Source: Holophagaceae bacterium
GTDB lineage: Bacteria; Acidobacteriota; Holophagae; Holophagales; Holophagaceae
DNA length: 64,000 nucleotides
Reading direction: 5' to 3'
Assembly: GCA_035255465.1 (NCBI GenBank)
Contig: DATEZP010000060.1
Span: 5,159 to 69,158 of the forward strand
Position 1 is the first letter of the stretch, and the number at the start of each line of letters is the position of its first letter. The notes beneath the pieces were generated by a model that saw only the letters and a program-made list of their open reading frames with translations, was not told the DNA's origin and searched no databases. Below are positions 57,635 through 64,000 of this stretch, one piece after another. The translations under genes and the position numbers were made by a program.

Positions 57635-58744
57635 ATGCGCATCGGGATCAGCTGCTATTCCACCTTCGGCGGTTCCGGCGTCGTGGCCACCGAGGTGGGG
57701 AAGGCTTTGGCGGCCCGGGGACACGAGGTTCACCTCCTGAGCCCCACGGTGCCGCCCCGCCTGCTGGGCTTCGAAGACCGCATCTTCTTCCACGAAGTGA
57801 CGGCCTCGCCCTATCCCCTCTTCGAGGCAGCCCCCTTCAGCATCGCCCTGGCTTCGAAAATGGCGGACGTGGCCCAGCACCACAACCTCGAGATCATGCA
57901 CGCCCACTACGCGATCCCCCACGCCAGCGCAGCCCTGCTGGCCCGCATGGCCGTGGGCAACCAACTGAAGGTGGTGACCACGTTGCACGGCACGGACATC
58001 ACCGTGGTGGGCGCCGATCCCAGCTACCTGCCCATGGTGAAGCTCGCCATCCGCGCCTCGGATGGCGTCACCGCCGTGAGCGAATACCTGCGGGAGGAGA
58101 CCTACCGTACCTTCCAGGTGCAGCGCCCCATCGAGGTGATCCCCAACTTCGTGGAGCCCCCTTCCACGGAACGCCCGGAATGCCGCCAATGGCTGGCCCC
58201 GGAGGGCGCGGCGGTGCTCACCCACATCTCCAACTTCCGCCCCGTGAAGAACGTCATGGACGTGATGAAGGTGTTCGAGAAGGTGCGCACCCAGATCCCG
58301 GCGCGGCTGGTGATGGTGGGCGATGGCCCGGATCGCGTGGAGGCGGAGAACTACGCCCGGAACCATGGCTTCGCCGATGAGGTGCGCTTCACGGGCAAGC
58401 AGCTGGACATCTCCTCCGTGCTGGATTGTTCGGATGTCTTCCTGCTGCCCAGCGCCACGGAAAGCTTCGGCTTGGCTGCGTTGGAGGCCATGGCCCACCG
58501 CGTGCCCGTGGTGGCCACCCGGGTGGGCGGCCTTCCGGAGGTGTTCCGGGATGGCGTGGATGGCTTCCTCTGCCCCTTGGGGGATGTGGATGCCATGGCG
58601 GCCGCCTGCCTCAAGCTCCTCAAGGATCCGGCGCTCCGCGCTGCCTTTGGCGAGAGCGCGCGCACCCGCGCGCTGACTACGTTTGCGGAAGGGCCCATCG
58701 TGGATCAGTACGAGGCCCTCTACGAGCGCGTCCTCGCTTCCTGA
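57635..58744 (+). CDS. bshA: GT4 glycosyltransferase, BshA-like (N-acetyl-alpha-D-glucosaminyl L-malate synthase)
   Basis: [37 protein letters not shown]; ...[16 protein letters not shown]. Confidence 0.8.
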   Translation: MRIGISCYSTFGGSGVVATEVGKALAARGHEVHLLSPTVPPRLLGFEDRIFFHEVTASPYPLFEAAPFSIALASKMADVAQHHNLEIMHAHYAIPHASAALLARMAVGNQLKVVTTLHGTDITVVGADPSYLPMVKLAIRASDGVTAVSEYLREETYRTFQVQRPIEVIPNFVEPPSTERPECRQWLAPEGAAVLTHISNFRPVKNVMDVMKVFEKVRTQIPARLVMVGDGPDRVEAENYARNHGFADEVRFTGKQLDISSVLDCSDVFLLPSATESFGLAALEAMAHRVPVVATRVGGLPEVFRDGVDGFLCPLGDVDAMAAACLKLLKDPALRAAFGESARTRALTTFAEGPIVDQYEALYERVLAS

Positions 58745-58793
58745 ACGGCCCCTGGAAAACCGCTCAAACCCGCGCTAGAATCACTGATTCCAC

Positions 58794-58868
58794 TGGGGAG
58801 TCGCCAAGTGGTAAGGCAGCAGGTTTTGATCCTGCCTATCGAGGGTTCGAATCCTTCCTCCCCAACCA
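58794..58868 (+). tRNA. tRNA-Gln (anticodon TTG), CCA encoded
   Basis: Acceptor TGGGGAG/CTCCCCA; anticodon arm GCAGG-ttTTGat-CCTGC; T-loop TTCGAAT; 3' ACCA. Confidence 0.8.
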
Positions 58869-58934
58869 CAAGCTCCCGGTGACCCCGGGGGCTTTGCCGT
58901 GGCGGATGAAGGCTGATCCAGGGCGGGTTTGAGT

Positions 58935-59180
58935 TTGGGAATTCAAAAATCATTCGCTAATAACGTTCCATGGTCCAAATGGGCTCCTTGGAATTGACCT
59001 GCTTATAGGTTAAAAATTGAATTCGAAAGGGGGCATGTCCGAAATTTAAATCATAGGATAAAGGTATTTACAAAGAAATCTGTTCAAAATCAGATTTGAT
59101 TTGACTAGGTAATATATACTTTATCCGTGATTTGAATCACGCAGAAAATGCATGGATGAATTGAATTAAGACCTAAAGTT
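58935..59180. promoter_or_regulatory. AT-rich (about 35% GC) regulatory gap with repeated GAATTGA/GAATTCA motifs and a CRP/FNR-type palindrome CGTGATTTGAATCACG (59126..59141) about 93 bp upstream of the NHL-cytochrome operon
   Basis: The palindrome matches both TGTGA-N6-TCACA and TTGAT-N4-ATCAA cores. TTGACT and TATACT hexamers nearby. Confidence 0.5.
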
Positions 59181-59233
59181 TGACCTCAACAGCCCCTTAC
59201 TCAAGGAACCGGCTGAACCTGGGGAACCCGGTG

Positions 59234-60301
59234 ATGAGGACCCTTCAAACCCGCCTGATGACAGCGCTCCTGGTGCTGGGCGGACTGTGCGCTCCGCTGG
59301 CCGCGCAGAAGGCCTCGGGGAAGTTGGACGTGAGCAGCCTGGTCTGGCCGCCCCCACCCGCCCCCACGCGGATGAAGTGGGTTTCCGAGTACCGGAACGA
59401 ATTCGACCTCGGGGCCAAGAAACGCACCAGCTTCCTCGACCGCCTCGCGGGCAAGGCCCAGGATTCCCTCTGGCTCAAGCAGCCCGTGTCCATCGCGGTG
59501 GATGACAACGGCACCGTGTTCGTCGGGGACACCCAGCTGGGTGTGGTGGGCATGGACGCCGCCAAGAAGCGCATGTGGCTCTTCTCGAAGCTCTCCCCCG
59601 AAGCCCCCACCGCCGCCACGGGCCTCGCGGTGGACTCCAAATTCGTCTACGCCACCGACAGCGCCCAAAGCCAGCTCTCCGTGTTCGACAAGGAAGGTCG
59701 CCGCCTGAAGACCCTGGGCCCGGCCGAAGGGATCCAGCGCCCCGTGGGCGTGGCCGTGGATGAAGCCAAGGATCTGGTGGTGGTGGTCAACGGCGGCGAC
59801 CACACGATCCTGCTGTTCAATCGCGCCCTCAAGCCGATCAAGAAGATCGGTTCGCGCGGTGACAAGCCCGGCCAGCTGAACTACCCCACCTACTGCTGCA
59901 TCGTTCCCGGCACCGGGTTCGCCGTGGCCGACACCGCCAACTTCCGGGTTCAGTACTTCACCTACGAAGGCAAGTTCCTCAGCACCTTCGGCAAACAGGG
60001 CGACTATTCGGGCAGCTTCTCCATGCCCAAGGGCATGGCCGTGGATCCCGAAGGCAACCTCTACGTGGTCGACGCGAAGTTCTGCAACTTCCAGGTGTTC
60101 CGCAAGGACGGCCAGGTGCTGCTCTTCGTCGGCACCGGCGGTACGGCGCCCGGTACCTTCCAGATCCCCTGCGGCATCGCCTTCACGAAGGATGGCTTCG
60201 TCTACGTGGCCGACACCGTGAACGCCCGCATCCAGCGGTTCCAGTACGTGGCCGCTCCCCCCACCGAATCTCCAGTTCCCCCCCAGAAGGGTCGCGACTA
60301 G
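59234..60301 (+). CDS. Secreted NHL-repeat beta-propeller protein
   Basis: Signal peptide MRTLQTRLMTALLVLGGLCAPLAAQ. Repeated NHL units (QPVSIAVDDNGTVFVGD, PVGVAVDEAKDLVVVVN, MPKGMAVDPEGNLYVVD, IPCGIAFTKDGFVYVAD). GGGGAA RBS. Confidence 0.75.
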   Translation: MRTLQTRLMTALLVLGGLCAPLAAQKASGKLDVSSLVWPPPPAPTRMKWVSEYRNEFDLGAKKRTSFLDRLAGKAQDSLWLKQPVSIAVDDNGTVFVGDTQLGVVGMDAAKKRMWLFSKLSPEAPTAATGLAVDSKFVYATDSAQSQLSVFDKEGRRLKTLGPAEGIQRPVGVAVDEAKDLVVVVNGGDHTILLFNRALKPIKKIGSRGDKPGQLNYPTYCCIVPGTGFAVADTANFRVQYFTYEGKFLSTFGKQGDYSGSFSMPKGMAVDPEGNLYVVDAKFCNFQVFRKDGQVLLFVGTGGTAPGTFQIPCGIAFTKDGFVYVADTVNARIQRFQYVAAPPTESPVPPQKGRD

Positions 60302-60347
60302 CGCCCCTTCAGATCTCCCCCCCAACCCTCCTATTTGGAGACGCACC

Positions 60348-61052
60348 ATGAAACGCCTTCTTCTCTTCCTTGTCGCCGCCGGCCTCGGGCTTTCCGCCCA
60401 GACCAGTGTCGTGAACACCAAGCACAACCTCAGCGCCGGCGGAACCGCCTACAGCGCGGGCGCCGCCACGACCTACACCCAGGTCTGCAAGTTCTGCCAC
60501 TCCCCTCACGGCGCCAACGTGGCCGACAAGCAGCTCGTGCCCCTGTGGGGCCATGCGAACACCACGCAGCTCTTCACCATGTACGCCAGCAACCCCAACC
60601 AGACGCTGAAGACCACGGCCATCGATTCCCAGCCCAGCGGCCCCAGCCTCGCCTGCCTCTCCTGCCATGACGGCACCGTGGCCGTGAACGCCCGCTATAC
60701 CTATGGCGACGCCACCGCGCCCCGTTGGACCTACGGCAACATGAATGACACCAACGCCTCCGTCATCGCCGACTTCGATGTCACCACCGATGCCAAGGGC
60801 AACAAGATGGGCACGCTGAAGCACAGCATCGCCGGCGAAACCAAGAACGACCTCTCGACCGTGCACCCCATCGCCATCAAGTACGACACCACCGCCAACA
60901 CCCAGCTGGTGGCGAACCCCGTCGGCGTGAAGCTCTTCAACGGCAAGGTGCAGTGCGCCTCCTGCCACGACGCCCACGGCACGGCCAACAGCATGTTCCT
61001 CCGCGTGTCCTCCACGAACTCGGCGCTTTGCCTCGCCTGCCACGTGAAGTAA
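60348..61052 (+). CDS. Tetraheme c-type cytochrome (two paired CXXCH motifs), secreted
   Basis: Signal peptide MKRLLLFLVAAGLGLSAQ. Heme sites CKFCH, CLSCH, CASCH, CLACH. Confidence 0.8.
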   Translation: MKRLLLFLVAAGLGLSAQTSVVNTKHNLSAGGTAYSAGAATTYTQVCKFCHSPHGANVADKQLVPLWGHANTTQLFTMYASNPNQTLKTTAIDSQPSGPSLACLSCHDGTVAVNARYTYGDATAPRWTYGNMNDTNASVIADFDVTTDAKGNKMGTLKHSIAGETKNDLSTVHPIAIKYDTTANTQLVANPVGVKLFNGKVQCASCHDAHGTANSMFLRVSSTNSALCLACHVK

Positions 61053-61132
61053 CCGCCTGAACCAACGTAGCGAAGCGGGGGAGGGCAGTTCCTTCCCCCG
61101 CTTCTTTGCGGATCCCCACTGAGTTCGAGTCC

Positions 61133-62911
61133 ATGAAACTACGGGTTCCCATGATCCTGCTGGCCGTCCCCCTCGCGGTGGGCGCGCAGGAGGTGGCCAC
61201 CCTGGACCACAGCCTTTCCCTGTCCTACTTCGGGAACCAGGCCTCCCTGGGTGGGCTGAATTCCCGCAGCACCTACACCAAGACCGACTACCAGTTCGAC
61301 CTCGGCATGCCCATCCTGGCCTATCGCCTCGGGGCGCTGAACCTGGGGGGCTCCGTCGGCTACGTGCGCCAGAGCTTCGATGGCGAGGCGGATTCGGCCA
61401 CCGGGCTGAACTCCGTTTCGGTGGCCGGCGCGCTCTTCCCCTACCAGCCGTACCACATCACCTTCGACGTGACGCGATCCACGGCGCCGAGCCTGTTTGG
61501 CAGTGGCTCCAACACCAGCCAGACCCTGGGCCTGGATTTCCTCTATCGGGGCCGTGCGATCCAGGACATCCGGATCTCCTACCGCCACGGGGACCTGTCG
61601 GGCGATGGTCTGAGCGGATCCTTCGATTCCTGGGTGGTGACCGAGAACGAGCGGCGGGGCCGCACCGACCTCCGCATCTACGGGGATCACCAGGAAGCTT
61701 CCTTCGGCGAAGGCTCCAGCTGGAAGAGCTCCACCTTCACCGCCTCCACCCGGACGGCCCTGACCGGGGATTGGACTTGGAACAACAGCCTTTCGGCCTT
61801 CGATTTCCAAGGCACCCGACTCGCCCAGGTGGGGACGAGCCTGCTGGGCTCCCAGGGGCCCTGGACTTCCACCACGATTTTCGATGCCGCCTTCACCGAA
61901 TCCGCCACGAGCCGGGAGCGCTCCGGTGGCCTGAGCCAATCCCTCGCCCGCACCTGGGGCCGGGTCTCCGCCTTCGGCATCGCGGGCGTGACCGGGGGCT
62001 CCTCGTCGGGCACGGGCGGAACGGCTTCCACGGAGAACCTGATCCTCGGCGCCAGCTACCGCCTCACGCCGGAATGGACGTTGATGGGGGATGTGAGCGG
62101 CGCATGGAGCCGCACCCCCTCCGCCGGGACTGGCTCCGGGGCGGGCGCGGGCCCCACGCGATCCACCCATGTGGGCCTCACCTGGGGTGGCTCCATGACG
62201 GACACCATCCGGCACGCCTTCTTTTTCTGGAGTGATCTGCGGTTCCAGCGGCGCATCGAGGAGGATTACCCCCCCGACTACCTGCCGCCGGAGCTGGCGA
62301 AGGCCCAGATGCGGCGGCGCATGGATCAGCAGGGTTCCCTCCAATTCTCGGCGGACGCCTATCGCCTTGAGAACGGCGGGCCGGGCCATCAGCAGTGGTT
62401 CCGCATGCAAGGGGGCCTCAACTTCAACAACGGCCTGATGCTCCAGACCATCGGCGATCTGCGCACGGACGACCGCTTTTCCAATCGGGAACGGGTGTTC
62501 CGGAACGAGCACTTGATGCTGTTCGGCGCCTACCGGATCGGGCAGGCCTCCCTCCGCTTCAACTACGGGTACTCCAAGGCCACGGTGCGGGATGCGGATG
62601 GGATCGCTGTGACTCCGGCGAATCCATCCCCCGTGTCCACGGGCAGCGACCGCTCCGCCACCTACTATGGCCTTGGCGTGAACGCCATGGCCTTCACCAT
62701 TCCCTACGGCGTCATGGTGCTCCGGAACAACGATGCCATGGGGGTGGGCACCACCTCGGTGCTGACCTACCTCTCCGCGGGGTTCCGCAAGGTCCGCTTC
62801 AACCTCAACTACCAGCGGGGCTGGCGCACGGATGGCCTGCGCACCAGCCAGATCTCCCTCCAGCTCGCGCGGTGGTTTGATACCATCCCGGTCTGGGGGC
62901 TGGGCGATTGA
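61133..62911 (+). CDS. Outer-membrane beta-barrel (porin-like) protein, candidate conduit of a porin-cytochrome complex
   Basis: Signal peptide MKLRVPMILLAVPLAVGAQE. Roughly 590 aa rich in G/S/T/Y/N/R/W with no long hydrophobic stretches. Confidence 0.65.
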   Translation: MKLRVPMILLAVPLAVGAQEVATLDHSLSLSYFGNQASLGGLNSRSTYTKTDYQFDLGMPILAYRLGALNLGGSVGYVRQSFDGEADSATGLNSVSVAGALFPYQPYHITFDVTRSTAPSLFGSGSNTSQTLGLDFLYRGRAIQDIRISYRHGDLSGDGLSGSFDSWVVTENERRGRTDLRIYGDHQEASFGEGSSWKSSTFTASTRTALTGDWTWNNSLSAFDFQGTRLAQVGTSLLGSQGPWTSTTIFDAAFTESATSRERSGGLSQSLARTWGRVSAFGIAGVTGGSSSGTGGTASTENLILGASYRLTPEWTLMGDVSGAWSRTPSAGTGSGAGAGPTRSTHVGLTWGGSMTDTIRHAFFFWSDLRFQRRIEEDYPPDYLPPELAKAQMRRRMDQQGSLQFSADAYRLENGGPGHQQWFRMQGGLNFNNGLMLQTIGDLRTDDRFSNRERVFRNEHLMLFGAYRIGQASLRFNYGYSKATVRDADGIAVTPANPSPVSTGSDRSATYYGLGVNAMAFTIPYGVMVLRNNDAMGVGTTSVLTYLSAGFRKVRFNLNYQRGWRTDGLRTSQISLQLARWFDTIPVWGLGD

Positions 62912-64000
62912 TGGGCCGCGAAACCGAATGGAACGGGAAGGCCTCCGCCATCCGGGCCTTGGGAACGCGAAGCTGGATCGGCGTGGTGTTGGCCCTGTTC
63001 ATCGGGTCCCTCGGAGCCGTGGATGGGCCCAAGGCCACCCCCCAGAAAACCAAGGCCGCCGTGGCCCACGGGGATTGCCGCCTCTGCCACCGCACCCACG
63101 CTTCAGCCATGAGCGCCGATGGCAAGACCCCGGCCGGCAAGAAGCAGGGCCCAGGCGCCTTCGCGCCCAGCGTGCTGGATCAGGTGTGCCTGGAATGCCA
63201 CCAGGGCCCCCCGGTGCCTGCCAAGGATTTCGAAGCGAGCAAGTTGGAGCCCTGGTCGGGTTCGGGTTCCAGCCATGTGGATGGCCCCTTCCTGGAGCGG
63301 GCCCGCACCTTCACCCGGATCGTGGACCGGGGCAATGGGCGCAAGCTCGTGCTCAAGGCCCAATGTGACGGGTGCCATGACGTGCATTCCAAGAACCGCA
63401 CCTCCAGCCTGCTACCCCTGGCCTTTGACGCGCAGGGCAAGGTCCAGCGCATCCGCCCCGCTAATGCCAGCCAGGTCTGCTTCGCCTGCCACGCGGGGCA
63501 GGAGGCCGTGAAGTTCTTCCGGGGCGACGGGGATCTCGGGGCCTTGATGGGCCCCACGGCGCAATCGGCCCACCGGCCCGGGGCCACGGCCTCGGCCCGG
63601 GCGGACTTGCCCAGCCTGCGCACGGGGTTCTTCACGGGCACGCTGGATTGCACCTCCTGCCACGACAATCCCAATCCCGCCGGGCCCAAAGGGCCGCACA
63701 CCTCTCCATTCCCCCACCTGCTCAAGGCCAGCTACGGAAGGGAAGGGGAGATCGCCACCGCGGGGCCCCGCGCGAACGAACTCTGCTTCAACTGCCACGA
63801 CCGCATCTCCATCGAAGGCAATCAGTCCTTCCCCTTCCACGCCCAGCACGTCAGCGGGTTCACGGGCCTGGGCGCCACCCGGGCCGGCAACCGGGCGCTG
63901 CCGGGTAAGCGGGCTGGGGCGGCGCCCCTGCCGTCCTGGAAACCCTTCACCTTCTCCGGCGCCGGCTCCTCCGGAGGCTTCGGCCAGCCCGCCAACTGCG
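62911..64000 (+). CDS. Multiheme c-type cytochrome (at least 6 CXXCH in the visible part), 3' truncated by the window edge
   Basis: ATG overlaps the porin stop (ATGA). N-terminal hydrophobic segment WIGVVLALFIGSLGAV. Heme sites CRLCH, CLECH, CDGCH, CFACH, CTSCH, CFNCH. Not in the ORF track (no stop). Confidence 0.75.
   Translation, partial: MGRETEWNGKASAIRALGTRSWIGVVLALFIGSLGAVDGPKATPQKTKAAVAHGDCRLCHRTHASAMSADGKTPAGKKQGPGAFAPSVLDQVCLECHQGPPVPAKDFEASKLEPWSGSGSSHVDGPFLERARTFTRIVDRGNGRKLVLKAQCDGCHDVHSKNRTSSLLPLAFDAQGKVQRIRPANASQVCFACHAGQEAVKFFRGDGDLGALMGPTAQSAHRPGATASARADLPSLRTGFFTGTLDCTSCHDNPNPAGPKGPHTSPFPHLLKASYGREGEIATAGPRANELCFNCHDRISIEGNQSFPFHAQHVSGFTGLGATRAGNRALPGKRAGAAPLPSWKPFTFSGAGSSGGFGQPANC

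Noticed and set aside
58869-58935. Direct repeat of the tRNA-Gln 3' end that would mark an integrated element boundary
   Set aside because: No second copy of the tRNA 3' sequence was found downstream within the window. The island hypothesis therefore rests only on composition and position.
59201-60427. 408-aa minus-strand ORF
   Set aside because: Antisense to the NHL-repeat gene.
61139-62512. 457-aa minus-strand ORF
   Set aside because: Antisense to the OM barrel gene.
63119-63511. 130-aa ORF in the frame offset from the real multiheme cytochrome frame
   Set aside because: Out of frame with the CXXCH-containing reading frame that starts at 62911. Arg/Pro-rich.
1-64000. CRISPR arrays, rRNA genes, integrase/transposase genes
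   Set aside because: Looked for direct-repeat/spacer periodicity and for recombinase-like ORFs on both strands. None found. The MITE-like copies have no associated transposase in this window.

Overview
This is a 64 kb, very GC-rich (about 68-70%) bacterial chromosomal segment. Several outer-membrane beta-barrels, lipoproteins, an LPS heptosyltransferase and Tat/Sec signal peptides point to a diderm; a Holophagae/Acidobacteriota-like organism is a guess only. The high GC creates many long spurious antisense ORFs; I called real genes from recognisable protein families, signal peptides, start/stop coupling and RBS-like sequences.

Gene content, in order:
- A fused receiver-PP2C-GHKL partner-switching protein with an adjacent STAS antagonist.
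- larE-larB.
- asnB.
- kbl-tdh.
- udk, a NUDIX hydrolase and a serine/threonine dehydratase.
- yajQ and ispB.
- An M19 dipeptidase.
- An arnT-like / GT9 / arnE-like envelope-glycosylation operon.
- A roughly 2.3 kb lower-GC island of small hypothetical genes.
- mtnA and mtnB.
- Flotillin.
- An acetyl-CoA hydrolase/transferase.
- rsmE and mtgA.
- A split 5'-nucleotidase.
- A complete trpEGDCFBA operon preceded by a leader-peptide attenuator.
- A MASE1/PAS histidine kinase.
- A Ser/Thr kinase with TPR repeats.
- Thiolase.
- divIVA-yggT.
- bshA.
- tRNA-Gln.

The most interesting part is the 3' end of the window. After tRNA-Gln comes an AT-rich (about 35% GC) regulatory gap carrying a CRP/FNR-type palindrome. 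It is followed by NHL-repeat protein -> 4-heme cytochrome c -> roughly 590 aa outer-membrane beta-barrel -> a multiheme cytochrome c with at least 6 hemes that runs off the window. This looks like a candidate porin-cytochrome extracellular electron-transfer conduit.

I also found structured repeats that are not explained by the genes:
- Two copies of a 245-271 bp MITE-like element with 17-26 bp terminal inverted repeats.
- Two families of intergenic hairpins whose arms are tandem 7-mers: CACCAAG x3 (three copies) and CGCGAAG-type (two copies).
- A 4x CGCAGAT palindrome between asnB and kbl.
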